From NCBI GenBank assembly GCA_029856365.1, contig JAHQWW010000007.1, positions 5,778 through 69,777 on the forward strand: 64,000 bases of DNA, read 5' to 3'. This document shows positions 8,469 through 18,599 of this stretch, piece after piece (positions within the stretch are counted from its first letter, which is position 1; each line of letters starts with the position of its first letter). The notes under the pieces are model-generated. The model did no database searches. It saw only the letters and a list, made by a program, of their open reading frames with translations, and was not told the DNA's origin. The stretch is from Candidatus Hodarchaeota archaeon (GTDB taxonomy: Archaea > Asgardarchaeota > Heimdallarchaeia > Hodarchaeales > Hodarchaeaceae). Position numbers and translations under genes: made by a program.

Positions 8469-10496
8469 TTAATTATTTTTCTTCTCTAATTTTGAATACT
8501 CCACCCTAGATATAACTGAATCGTGTGGAATTGCTTGGACAAATTCATTCAAGTCAATTGCCCGTATTTTAGCTTTTTTTTCAGGAGAAACAGCCTTTTT
8601 TATGAAAATCTGATTAATTTGTTTTGCTATTTTACCTTTTGACTTAGAACCTGGTTTAATAATTACTGTTATGGGACTTCGCGAGCGAATATTCTCCTCA
8701 GAACCGTAAATAACTTTTGCATTGAATTCATCAACTTGAACTCCGATCGCTAAGGCCATTTCTACTCCTCTAACATAATTTCTTGTACCCCGAATCATTA
8801 TTCCTCCTTTGGGGATATATTCGCCAGTTGGTGCGGAAAAACTTGCACTCTTAGCTGGCACATAATAAACGTCAATGGCACCATATCCAGCTTTCCAACC
8901 ACTCGAAAACACTGCAGCTAAGAGTGCTGCATCAGCAAAATCTTGGTCTGTAACATTTTTTTCACTGGTATCACGAATTAAAATAGTATAAGGAGCTCCT
9001 TGTAATTCCGCATGAAAAAAGATATCATTTTCTTTCATACGTCGTTTTACAATTTCCTCGTTACTAGAGATGTCTTTTCCACCAATTATTAGAAATTTAT
9101 TTCGGGTATTTGTCCAATGGTACTTTTCATACCATTTTCTTTTTCTTCGTTTCAATGTAATGCTTTCTACTATTTTTTGTTCTGAAAGATTTTTAGTTAA
9201 TAAATTAATTTTTCTTTCCGTTTCAAGTATAGCCTCATTAGCAGGGGTTATTTTGCGAGCAGCCTTTTTCGCACGTTGATAATACTCGTTTGCAATCTCA
9301 GTTGCTGATTTCCGAAAGTTTACTTCAATTATTTCAGAGTTAAGATTGATACGAATAGTACCCCGTTCTGGACAAATCTCCTCTAGAATTTTTGCTGAAT
9401 GTATTCCTTGTTCCTTTGCAATTTCTAATTTGTTCTGAATTACTGGCCAGGCAATGTTTTTTTTCCGAGCTATAACAATAGATGATAATAATTCGTCAAT
9501 ATCATTTAATTGAAGAAAAATATTATCCCCCAGATCCTTGTAAAGCTTTTTCTTTTTTTTAAATCCTTCAAGGGTCTGTTTTTGCGCCTCTAAAACCTTG
9601 AGTAGCTTCTTTTTTTTCTGATCATGCTGTTTAAGGCCAACAGAAACTATAGGGGATATATTCATATAGTAAAAATCTAATACGTGAGAAAAACTTTCGA
9701 AATATCGGATTTCTCCAGATATAGATTTGAAGTCAATAGGGTGAAAAGATAACGGTTTTTCATTTGAATCTAGGGCTATCGAGGGTTTCAGTTCTAGTAA
9801 ATCTTTCTTAATATCCATAGTGGATTGTAGAATTCGATTAATTTCTTCATTACTAATTTCCTTATTCTTCGTCTTTTTGGAAATGTTGGCTCGTGCCAGT
9901 AATTCCTCCATCAAATCTCCTCCTCCTCCAGCTTTCCGAGCTAATGTCCGTACAATTTCCTCATCTTCAACCTCTTCAGCAGAGAGAATCTGAGTAATTT
10001 CTTCGTAGTTCATATCTAAAATTGATTTTCCACGACTAGGTGGAAGTTCGAATTCTTTTCCAGGTAACACATCACGATGGCGCATTTTTCTATACCAAAG
10101 TGCTGAAATTACTCTGTTTTGATTCCCAACAACAACTATATTCGGACGATTACCAAAAATCTCAACATAAACTCGATATTCCTGTTTTCCTCTCAATTTA
10201 ATTTCTACTAATCTGTCAAAATCAACTTGACGAATACCGATCACTTCAGCTCCTTTCAGATGACTTCTTAGACCCATAATTTTGTCAGAAGGTCTTTCAG
10301 GAACAGGGTGTTTCACCTCTGTCAAATGTAATCGTATTCCTGGCTCAATCAGGAGAAATGGATCTTTAAAAGGGCCTTTCCCCTTGAACCTGAAAAGGAA
10401 ATATTTTTCTGTTGAATCACGATAGATATTAGCGACTCTATAACCTATTAGCCCTTGCAATTCTTTCGAAATGGCATAAATGTCTAAACTAGACAT
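8469..10496 (-). CDS. NFACT-family protein (Rqc2/Tae2/RqcH, fibronectin-binding protein A-like), ribosome quality control
   Basis: NFACT-N start MSSLDIYAISKELQGLIGYRVANIY, a central coiled coil, and a DUF814-like region FHAELQGAPYTILI...AALLAAVFSSGWKAGYGAIDVYYV. Confidence 0.8.
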   Translation of the reverse strand: MSSLDIYAISKELQGLIGYRVANIYRDSTEKYFLFRFKGKGPFKDPFLLIEPGIRLHLTEVKHPVPERPSDKIMGLRSHLKGAEVIGIRQVDFDRLVEIKLRGKQEYRVYVEIFGNRPNIVVVGNQNRVISALWYRKMRHRDVLPGKEFELPPSRGKSILDMNYEEITQILSAEEVEDEEIVRTLARKAGGGGDLMEELLARANISKKTKNKEISNEEINRILQSTMDIKKDLLELKPSIALDSNEKPLSFHPIDFKSISGEIRYFESFSHVLDFYYMNISPIVSVGLKQHDQKKKKLLKVLEAQKQTLEGFKKKKKLYKDLGDNIFLQLNDIDELLSSIVIARKKNIAWPVIQNKLEIAKEQGIHSAKILEEICPERGTIRINLNSEIIEVNFRKSATEIANEYYQRAKKAARKITPANEAILETERKINLLTKNLSEQKIVESITLKRRKRKWYEKYHWTNTRNKFLIIGGKDISSNEEIVKRRMKENDIFFHAELQGAPYTILIRDTSEKNVTDQDFADAALLAAVFSSGWKAGYGAIDVYYVPAKSASFSAPTGEYIPKGGIMIRGTRNYVRGVEMALAIGVQVDEFNAKVIYGSEENIRSRSPITVIIKPGSKSKGKIAKQINQIFIKKAVSPEKKAKIRAIDLNEFVQAIPHDSVISRVEYSKLEKKNN

Positions 10497-10749
10497 TCTC
10501 CTCACGCCTTGCACACAGCTCCTTTCTCAATTGAATCGATGTTTATTAATAGAATCCTAAGTTTCGAGTATTAAGCCAACCTAGGTATATTTATTAATGA
10601 TCGTAATATTTATCATATGTAATTGTTGTCAGAATAATCATACAATAAATGGAAAATTAGCTGGAGATTAGAATAAGAAGAAAATTAAATCCTCTATAAA
10701 TCAATTGAATAATAGAATATCATTCTTACTATACAAAGGTTGAATTCTC

Positions 10750-11316
10750 ATGACAACACAAAGAACAAAGACAGCAAATCCCATATTAAACACTTTTGCT
10801 GTTTTTGGAGTAGGCACAGCTGTTCTAGGGGGAGTGGCAACGCTAACAGTATCTTCTTTTGAGTTTAATGAAATCTATACGCAAATGTTTAAGGGAATGT
10901 TCCTTTCATTTGATAATCTAATAGATTTTTGGGCTGTTTTTGTCGCATGGGCACTTGCAGGTATGGTTGCAGGGGTTCGAGCAAAGAATGGATTTTGGGG
11001 CGCAATAGCAGGATTTTTCGGCACATTGTTAGGAGTAGGTTTGTTAGCTGTTTTAAATCTAGCAGCATTGGAAGAATCAACCGCTATTCTTGAGTTTGGT
11101 TTAGGAACAGCTGCCTGTGTCATAGTAACTTGTGCGGCAGCTTATATAACTGGTAGTGCTACAAAAGTAAAAGTTAAACCTGCAAAACCAAAACCAACAA
11201 GAAAAGTATGGACGGCTTCCAAAGAAAAAGAAGTATGGACCTGTAACCGCTGTGGTAACAGCATTCCTCCAGGGGCCTTTTCATGTCCAAGTTGTGGAGA
11301 ACCAGTTATTGAATGA
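10750..11316 (+). CDS. Polytopic membrane protein with C-terminal zinc ribbon
   Basis: Four or five Gly/Ala-rich TM helices, a lysine-rich linker, then CNRCGNSIPPGAFSCPSCG. Confidence 0.5.
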   Translation: MTTQRTKTANPILNTFAVFGVGTAVLGGVATLTVSSFEFNEIYTQMFKGMFLSFDNLIDFWAVFVAWALAGMVAGVRAKNGFWGAIAGFFGTLLGVGLLAVLNLAALEESTAILEFGLGTAACVIVTCAAAYITGSATKVKVKPAKPKPTRKVWTASKEKEVWTCNRCGNSIPPGAFSCPSCGEPVIE

Positions 11317-11356
11317 AGAAAATTTTTATTACCGAAATTTAGAAAAGAGAAATGAT

Positions 11357-11383
11357 GTATTTTTGCCTGGGAAGCAAAAATAC
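11357..11383. terminator. Perfect 10-bp hairpin between convergent genes (candidate bidirectional terminator)
   Basis: GTATTTTTGC-ctgggaa-GCAAAAATAC. It abuts the stop of the minus-strand gene and lies 40 nt after the plus-strand stop. Confidence 0.45.
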
Positions 11384-11911
11384 TTATAGAATTCTTTTCT
11401 GTCGTAAATCTTCAAGCTGACTTGATCTTTTGTCAATTTCAATTAACAACTTATCCATTACCTCATCTAGGTCAGAAAATTTTTTGTTTTCAATAACTGT
11501 ATGGAGATCGTTATCTACTGATCCAAGCTCATTAGACCTAAGAGACTTATAGGAATTCCGTACAATTGGTTCCATTTGCTTTAGAGCTAGAACGAGACCC
11601 CTAGACAGCTGAGTACCTCGCTCTAGTAGATCACTTGCCAAGATTTCAATCCCATTCAGTTCCATCAGTAGATCTGTTATGTCCCAATAATGTTCTTTTA
11701 GTTCTTCCAGAAGAACTCCAATTCTCTTGAATCTCCGTTTTTTCTCATCCACACTATCAGCCCCGTTAGTAGAGGCCCTTAAGTAGGAAGCATGTGTCCG
11801 TAATTCCTCGTAAAAATCTGAAACAATGGTACGATGGTTTTCTAATTCACGTACCAACCGAGTTATCTCGGAAGCAATAGAAGTAGAGGTGCGAAACTCG
11901 GTGTTGTTCAA
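11384..11911 (-). CDS. All-helical hypothetical protein
   Basis: 175-aa ORF with predicted helical/coiled-coil character and no recognisable motif. Confidence 0.4.
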   Translation of the reverse strand: MNNTEFRTSTSIASEITRLVRELENHRTIVSDFYEELRTHASYLRASTNGADSVDEKKRRFKRIGVLLEELKEHYWDITDLLMELNGIEILASDLLERGTQLSRGLVLALKQMEPIVRNSYKSLRSNELGSVDNDLHTVIENKKFSDLDEVMDKLLIEIDKRSSQLEDLRQKRIL

Positions 11912-12140
11912 CTCTTAATATCTCCTTTCGTTTTAGCCAAAAATAACTGGATAGGGGAAAGAACACTTTATTAATGCAAGTCTAATAGACAAAACATTTG
12001 TTGGTACTAAAACACCGTAAGATTGCAATTAAGCCTGATATTATCCTGAATAAAAAGCTTTTCGCAATTATTCATTATAATTATTAAATTACCTTGTATA
12101 TATCCTGTAGTTTAATCCAATCGTTAAGACTTATATTGGA

Positions 12141-13490
12141 TTAGTGAAACTCTTGATACTTCTCACGGATTGTAATTTCTCCTTTCAAATTTTGTTTCAT
12201 TAATTCCTTGACTTTTTCCTTTTCACGATAATTTCCTAGGAGATATGCTAGCTTTATATATGCTATTTCGGGTAGAATGTTGAATGCATGGATAACACCA
12301 GCTTTTTGGAGTCTTCTTCCGCTTTCATATACCGATAGAGCTGTAAAACCATGTAGACATTGAGTAGTCATTACAATAATCATCTCATTCTCAATAGCTT
12401 TTTCAATTGTAGGAATTAAATTGAATGAAACGTGTCCAAGTCCAGTTCCTACTAACACGATTCCTTTAAATCCGGCTTCGATACAGTAATCTAATATCCC
12501 TGGTTGGATACCAGGATAATGGTAAATGAGTCCGACCTTCTCTTCAAAGTTTTTCGTGATATGAACAGGTTTATTTTTCAGTTTGGCCTTTATAGGTAGA
12601 TTCTCCTCTTCCATTTCATAAATTATTTTTCCTTCAGTAATTCTACCTAATGGACTTCCTCCAATCGACTTAAATGTATCTCTTCGACTACTATGCATTT
12701 TTCGGACTCTTGTACCTCTATGTATGGTACAAGAAGTGTCTGACGATTTTTCATGCATGACAACTACTACTTCTTTTTTTGCTTGAGGAGAAGCTGCATA
12801 TAATACTGAATTATATAGATTAAAGAAGGCATCTGAGGAAGGGCGATCAGAAGACCGCTGAGAACCAGTAATAACGATTGGGAAAGGTGGATTTGTAATC
12901 GAAAAAGAGAGGGCAGCAGCAGTAAAAGCCATTGTATCAGTACCGTGTGTCAGTACAATTCCTTGAGGTGTTTTATTTTGGATTAAGTGTTCAATTTCTG
13001 TCAAGATTTTGATATAGTGTTAAAAAGTAATGTTCTCTGAAAAGATATCAAATAAGAGTCTTGTTTCAACCCGAGCCAATTCTGCAATTTCAGGAAAAGA
13101 TGAGAAAAGCTCCTCAGGAGTCAAAGCTGGAATTGTCCCTCCAGTTTGGTAATCCAAGCGAGAAGCAATTGTACCTCCGCAACCTAATATGGGAACAAAG
13201 GGTAATTCAGGTTTTTGGGTTACATTGACCTTTGGAACGTGGTATCTACCTTCAAAACGGCCAATTTTTTTGATCCTATATGTCTCCCTCGGATTGAATC
13301 CAATATTATAACCTGTAGATAGCTTTAGACTAATAAAATCAGTTTCAGCTAGTTCATTCCTTGGTAGTATTACTCCTTTTAGTGAAGAACCAGCCTTAGT
13401 AACCTCTATTTCATCCCAAACTTTTAAACCTTGATTTTTCAACCAATCTAATGTAGATCCTCTGTATCCAGTATATTTCTCTTCCGACAT
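12141..13490 (-). pseudogene. gatD: Glu-tRNA(Gln) amidotransferase subunit D (GatD) interrupted by a single in-frame TAA (13020-13022)
   Basis: The upstream ORF carries the asparaginase-type motif GCGGTIASRLDYQTGG and the downstream ORF carries VLTHGTDTMAFTAAA. Both are in one frame, 450 codons in total, separated only by ...FSENITF*HYIKIL... Confidence 0.8.
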
Positions 13491-13515
13491 CTTAATTGTC
13501 TCTTATTATTTATTT

Positions 13516-15435
13516 CTAAACTTGTTTTTTCAAGTGTTTACGTAACTCTTCACTCACAATCTTTCCATCTATTTTCCCACGGGCTTTTTTCATTACTAAT
13601 CCCATTAAAGGAGAAAAAGCATCCATCCCACGTTTTTTTACAAGCTCCTGAGAGGTTTTTAGAACCTCGAGAATTATTGTGTTTAATTCTTCTTGTGACA
13701 TTTCACCACCGAAGTGATTCACGATATCTGTCAATGACTTTGTAGGATCTTTACCAAGATTAGTTAAAATATCTGGAATTGCTTCTTTGGCGAATTTATT
13801 CAACACTAGTGCCTCAAAAATTTTTAATAAATGAGCCTCAGTTATATTATTGATATCAACTCCCTCTCTCGAGATAGCGGTCAAGGTTTGAGTTAAAGTT
13901 GTCACAACTGCCTTGATAGGAGCCCCTTTTTCTATTAATTCTTCAAAAATGTCAGCTTTCTCCTCATAGATTAAAGATTCAGCTAATTCGTTAGAAATAG
14001 AATATTGTTTGTTTAGCCGCTTAATTCGAGCCATAAAATTTTCAGGTAGATTTTTTTCCATCTTAATAACTCGATTTGAGTCAATCACTATAGGGGGAAG
14101 ATCTGTATCTGGATACAGCCTACTCCTACCATGTAAATCTCTTGTGAAGGTAGAAATTCCATTATCATCAACATGTCGAGTTTCTTGATGAACACCATTG
14201 AAAGCAGCAAGTAATCTCTCGTGTACAAAGGAAAGGGCCCTTTGTGCTTCTTCTTTTTTTCCGATTACAATAATAAAAGCTTTTTTCTGACATTCTTTTG
14301 ATAATTCATAGATTTCTCTCTCAGAAAAGTTATATTTCAATAAATCCTCATCACTATGGATTATTCCTTTTAGATTAGTGAACGATTTAACCCGATCGGA
14401 GAGCTCTGTTCCAAATCGTTTATTTGGCTGCAATTCTCGACTTAATAATCCTTGAAATCCAGCAATAGGAAGCATTAAAACTCTTTTCTTTCGTTTAAAG
14501 GCTGATTTAATTATATCAGAAGAAGTGTCTGAAAAAACCTTTGTAACATCAAAAATCTGAAGAGGAATGTCTTGAGGCTGAATGTTTCGTCTTTGAAGTT
14601 CCTTTTGAATAGATATCAAACCCAGTTGTCTTTGGATTTCGATATCAATAGCAATAGGGATCAATTGAAGTAATTGAATCCCCTTTAACTCAATCCGTTC
14701 TCCCTCAGATATACTCACATTTACGTCCTGTCGGACTTTTCCTAATCCTTTACGTACTATTCCAGACGATTTGATTAACATTCCTAATGTTTTTGCTGCA
14801 GAAACTACTTCTGAAGGGGAACTTAAGCTATGATCTGTTACGATCTCAATTAATGGTATTCCTAAACGATCTAATTTGAAAAAGATGTTTTTACCCTTGG
14901 TTCGATCATTATCCCTACGAGCGGCATCTTCTTCAATATAAATCCAAGAAATAGGTAATTTCTTTTCCTCAATCATCGAAGGATCTTTCTTAAAGGTTAC
15001 ATATCCATCATAACCAATAAGGACTGTTCTTTGAAATCCACAGGGAACAGAACCGTCTAAATAATTCTTTCTGCAAATATTTGTTTCTTCAACAATCTTA
15101 CAGTTCATCATTTTTGCCAATTTTATAGAATCATAGAGAGCTTCATCATTGATTGGAAGGGGAGGTGTTTCGTCTAATTCATAAATACAAACACTATCAA
15201 AGACTTCATAAAAAATGGTATGATCTTTCTTAAACTCAATAAGTAAAGCTGGGTCATACACTCCCATCTCACCTAATACTGGGCGAAACTTACGTTGAAC
15301 AATAGCTTGTGGTTTCTCATTTGTCAAGATTGCGGGACAATGACAAAATAATTTTTTTTCGGTAGAAAGCTGTGCGTGAATTTCTAACCCTGCTTTGAAA
15401 CCCAAATTGTCGTAATCAAACATTTTTTCAGTCAT
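13516..15435 (-). CDS. gatE: Glu-tRNA(Gln) amidotransferase subunit E (GatE)
   Basis: MTEKMFDYDNLGFKAGLEIHAQL start, GatB/E catalytic core, inserted AspRS-like domain and a YqeY-like tail. The start was trimmed to the ATG at 15435. Confidence 0.88.
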   Translation of the reverse strand: MTEKMFDYDNLGFKAGLEIHAQLSTEKKLFCHCPAILTNEKPQAIVQRKFRPVLGEMGVYDPALLIEFKKDHTIFYEVFDSVCIYELDETPPLPINDEALYDSIKLAKMMNCKIVEETNICRKNYLDGSVPCGFQRTVLIGYDGYVTFKKDPSMIEEKKLPISWIYIEEDAARRDNDRTKGKNIFFKLDRLGIPLIEIVTDHSLSSPSEVVSAAKTLGMLIKSSGIVRKGLGKVRQDVNVSISEGERIELKGIQLLQLIPIAIDIEIQRQLGLISIQKELQRRNIQPQDIPLQIFDVTKVFSDTSSDIIKSAFKRKKRVLMLPIAGFQGLLSRELQPNKRFGTELSDRVKSFTNLKGIIHSDEDLLKYNFSEREIYELSKECQKKAFIIVIGKKEEAQRALSFVHERLLAAFNGVHQETRHVDDNGISTFTRDLHGRSRLYPDTDLPPIVIDSNRVIKMEKNLPENFMARIKRLNKQYSISNELAESLIYEEKADIFEELIEKGAPIKAVVTTLTQTLTAISREGVDINNITEAHLLKIFEALVLNKFAKEAIPDILTNLGKDPTKSLTDIVNHFGGEMSQEELNTIILEVLKTSQELVKKRGMDAFSPLMGLVMKKARGKIDGKIVSEELRKHLKKQV

Positions 15436-15782
15436 TGTGCATCGCATCCAATTGATTACCAAGAATTTGTGAGGAAGATCAAGATTAAAAGCCCAGACTT
15501 TTAACAATAGTTCATTAAACTAGTTTAACAAAAAACTAGGGACAATCCTGTCTTCAACCAGATAGAATATCCTATATCCTAGAGATAAGAACTATTTTAA
15601 AAACAATTTTTGGCTGATTGATAACACTATCTGGATCCAAATGGACATATGAATATATATGAAATAATCTCTGATTTCTATTCAGCCTATAAAGTATAGA
15701 AGTAAAAATTTTTAATTTCTGTTCTGTTTCCTACATTCTATGATTAGAAACTTTATTATTGATTGTTCTTGAAGGTAATTTC

Positions 15783-17060
15783 ATGGAAGCGTTAATCCTT
15801 ACAGCTGGTAAAGCAACTCGTTTGTATCCTCTCACTAAAACCATTCCTAAACCACTAATACCGATTGCAGGAAGACCATTAATTTGTCATATTCTAGACG
15901 CGTTATCGGGAAATATCGATAGAGTGGTTATAGTTATTGGACATAAAGCAGATTTAGTTAAGCAAACTATAAACCAAATGAACTATCCATTTGAGATCAG
16001 TTGGGTCACCCAACAAGAACAACGAGGAACTGGTCATGCGGTAAAAATCTGTGAACACTATATTGAATCTGATCCTTTTTTTATGATGTATGGCGATATT
16101 TTTACTAGCCAGCGCACAATCAAAAACATAATAATATTGGGGCAATCTAATGATCTTACAGGAGGTATTTTCTCGGCAAAAAAGGTGAGGAACCCAGAAA
16201 AATATGGGTGCCTTGAGATTAAAAACAATAAATTAGTGAAAATATATGAAAAACATTCAAGTCCACCAAGTTCCTATATTAATGCAGGTATCATGGTTTT
16301 ACCTTTAATAATCTTTAATTACTTAACCCATACTTCTGAATCTAGTCGAGGAGAGATAGAACTTACAGAAGGCATAAATCAGCTAATCCAGAACCAAAGA
16401 GAATTGTTTTTTTCTATATATTATATAAAAGATCACTGGTTTGATATTGGCTATCCTTGGAATCTAATAACTGCTAATGAAGTAGGAATGCAAAAAGCAG
16501 AATTCCCCGCAAAATCTTCTTCATTCTCTGCTGTAACGATCGAAGGTTCCGTTAAACTTGCAGATAGTGCGATTTTAAGACCAGGTACCTTCATTCAAGG
16601 ACCAGTCATCATTGATGAAAATGTTACTGTAGGCCCAAATTGTTTTCTTCGATCAAGCACATATTTAGGAAAAGGTGTTCGGATAGGAAATGGTGTTGAA
16701 ATTAAAAGTAGCTTGATTCTTGAAAACACAACGATTGGCCATCTTTCGTATATAGGAGATTCAGTTATTGGAAAAAATTGCAATTTTGGTGCTGGAACTA
16801 AAGTAGCAAATCTAAGATTAGATAATAACGAAATTAATATGAGAATAAAAGGTGAGTCAGTCTCTACAGGACGAAAGAAACTTGGTGTTTTCATGGGAGA
16901 CAATGTCAAGACAGGTATTAATGCCTCTTTAATGCCGGGAATAATTATTGGAGAAAATTCCATAATTGGTGCTCATACTTTAGTTAACCAAGATATTCCC
17001 CCGAATACCATTCTTTATTATGACCCTTTTCAAGGTTTAATTCAAAAATCTCTCGAATAA
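15783..17060 (+). CDS. Bifunctional sugar-1-phosphate nucleotidylyltransferase/acyltransferase (GlmU-like; N-terminal NTP-transferase plus left-handed beta-helix)
   Basis: ALILTAGKATRLYPLTKTIPKPL nucleotidyltransferase signature. Hexapeptide repeats occupy the C-terminal half. Confidence 0.8.
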   Translation: MEALILTAGKATRLYPLTKTIPKPLIPIAGRPLICHILDALSGNIDRVVIVIGHKADLVKQTINQMNYPFEISWVTQQEQRGTGHAVKICEHYIESDPFFMMYGDIFTSQRTIKNIIILGQSNDLTGGIFSAKKVRNPEKYGCLEIKNNKLVKIYEKHSSPPSSYINAGIMVLPLIIFNYLTHTSESSRGEIELTEGINQLIQNQRELFFSIYYIKDHWFDIGYPWNLITANEVGMQKAEFPAKSSSFSAVTIEGSVKLADSAILRPGTFIQGPVIIDENVTVGPNCFLRSSTYLGKGVRIGNGVEIKSSLILENTTIGHLSYIGDSVIGKNCNFGAGTKVANLRLDNNEINMRIKGESVSTGRKKLGVFMGDNVKTGINASLMPGIIIGENSIIGAHTLVNQDIPPNTILYYDPFQGLIQKSLE

Positions 17061-17078
17061 TTTAAGGTACGAACGAGT

Positions 17079-18551
17079 ATGAGAAAGATTCGTCTAAAAG
17101 AGATAAATGTCATACAAAAATCGATTCATGATACTCAATGGCGTATTGGATTAGTGTATCCAAACTCTTATTCGATAGGAATGTCAGGGCTGACAGTCAA
17201 ATTCTTGTATCATCTATTGAATCAGCATCGAAACATTTACACTGAACGAGTCTTCTTTTCCGCTGATCTCCCTGGTCCTCCAAGATCAATAGAAACTGGA
17301 AAAACACTCACTCAATTTGATCTTCTAGCTTTTTCTTTTCAATTTGAACTTGATTATATCAATGCCCTTAAAATGTTACTACGATCGAATATCCCCGTTT
17401 ATTCAAGAGATAGAACTTCCGATCATCCATTATTGATAGCGGGAGGCCCAACAGTCACTACAAACCCAGAACCTTTGTTAGATGTTGTAGATGTAATTTT
17501 CTCTGGTGAATTTGAAGTAATTTCGAAAAAATTTCTTGAGGCAATTATTACAAGCAAACACAGTAACATTTTAGAAGAAATCCTCTCAGTTCCAGGATTC
17601 TATTCCTCTCATGAGCCTGTAACACAGATAACACCGCTTATAACATCAAATCTCAATGATGTCAATTATCCTACCGCTCAAGTCCGTCCAATTAGTGGAT
17701 GGAGAGATAGGAAAGGAGTGTTGGATGGTTACTTTCTTCAGGTGTCAAGAGGATGCGTTCACGGTTGTCATTTCTGCTTAATTGGAAAGATTTTTCGCCC
17801 AAAGAGAGAAAGATCATTAATTAATTTGTTTGAATTAATCGACAATGGGGCCAAAGAAACTGAAACAAATTTCTTTTCTCTCATTGGGTCGAGTACAGCT
17901 GATTATTCTCAAATTATAGATCTTTTAAAGTATCTAATTGAAAAGGAGCATAAATTCTCCCTTCCCAGTATTAGAATCGATTCAGGAATTGAATTACTAG
18001 AACAAATAAGGCGAAGTGGGTTAAGAAGTCTTAGCATTGCTCCTGAAAGCGCATCAGATGATGTTCGGTTTAAGGTGGGGAAAAAAATAACCAATTCACA
18101 AGTTTATGATTTTGTTAAGAAAGCAGAGCAAAATCAAATTCAGGAACTCAAAATCTACTTTATTCTTGGGTTATCTTCGAACCTAGTCTCAGAATCACAT
18201 GAAATCATAAATTTTCTCCACAATCTAGCTGAATTATGTTCTTCACTTCGACTCAATGTTTCTGTAACACCTCTGATTCCAAAACGTGGAACAAAATTAG
18301 AAAACCTATGTGTTAATTATAGAGAAATTCAGGCAGGTTTCAGGGCTCTTAAAGAAGGAATACCTAGGTCTATACGTCAAAAAATGTTTCCAGTTCACTG
18401 GGCAGCAGTACAAGCTATTCTTTCAATTGGAGGTCGTGAATTAACACCTATCATGATTAATATTGCAGAGAATGGAGGATCTTACCAGAGTTGGAAAAAA
18501 AACTTGGATGCAGAACCAATAGATTATTATCTTAAGCACTACTGCTTCTAA
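17079..18551 (+). CDS. Radical SAM protein with N-terminal B12-binding-like domain
   Basis: CVHGCHFC (CX3CX2C) cluster motif, preceded by a Rossmann-like region (LLIAGGPTVT). Confidence 0.7.
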   Translation: MRKIRLKEINVIQKSIHDTQWRIGLVYPNSYSIGMSGLTVKFLYHLLNQHRNIYTERVFFSADLPGPPRSIETGKTLTQFDLLAFSFQFELDYINALKMLLRSNIPVYSRDRTSDHPLLIAGGPTVTTNPEPLLDVVDVIFSGEFEVISKKFLEAIITSKHSNILEEILSVPGFYSSHEPVTQITPLITSNLNDVNYPTAQVRPISGWRDRKGVLDGYFLQVSRGCVHGCHFCLIGKIFRPKRERSLINLFELIDNGAKETETNFFSLIGSSTADYSQIIDLLKYLIEKEHKFSLPSIRIDSGIELLEQIRRSGLRSLSIAPESASDDVRFKVGKKITNSQVYDFVKKAEQNQIQELKIYFILGLSSNLVSESHEIINFLHNLAELCSSLRLNVSVTPLIPKRGTKLENLCVNYREIQAGFRALKEGIPRSIRQKMFPVHWAAVQAILSIGGRELTPIMINIAENGGSYQSWKKNLDAEPIDYYLKHYCF

Positions 18552-18599
18552 GAATCATGTTTTATGGAAGGTTCGATAATGGAGCTTGAAACTAATAAT

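Noticed and set aside
12113-12143. 9-bp hairpin TAATCCAAT...ATTGGATTA overlapping the gatD stop codon, considered as a terminator.
   Set aside because: No oligo-T tract follows on the transcribed strand and its significance is unclear. It is left unannotated.
15436-15507. 24-codon N-terminal extension of GatE (MLKVWAFNLDLPHKFLVINWMRCT) and the upstream start of the Ub-like ORF at 36434.
   Set aside because: The extensions have no homology-like content, and the Ub-like one overlaps the preceding gene. The conserved N-termini begin at the internal ATGs (15435 and 36521, the latter with an SD).
16595-16963. 122-aa antisense ORF inside the GlmU-like gene. Similar antisense or alternate-frame ORFs occur at 536-727, 1400-1630, 2328-2651, 3818-4021, 7646-7984, 9070-9279, 10875-11123, 31061-31375, 32232-32513, 34630-35084, 40664-41341, 41399-42206, 49481-49789, 50340-50663, 57049-58596 and 61496-61795.
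   Set aside because: Each lies fully within a longer ORF carrying clear family motifs on the other strand or in another frame. Hexapeptide and AT-rich coding sequences commonly produce such open shadow frames.
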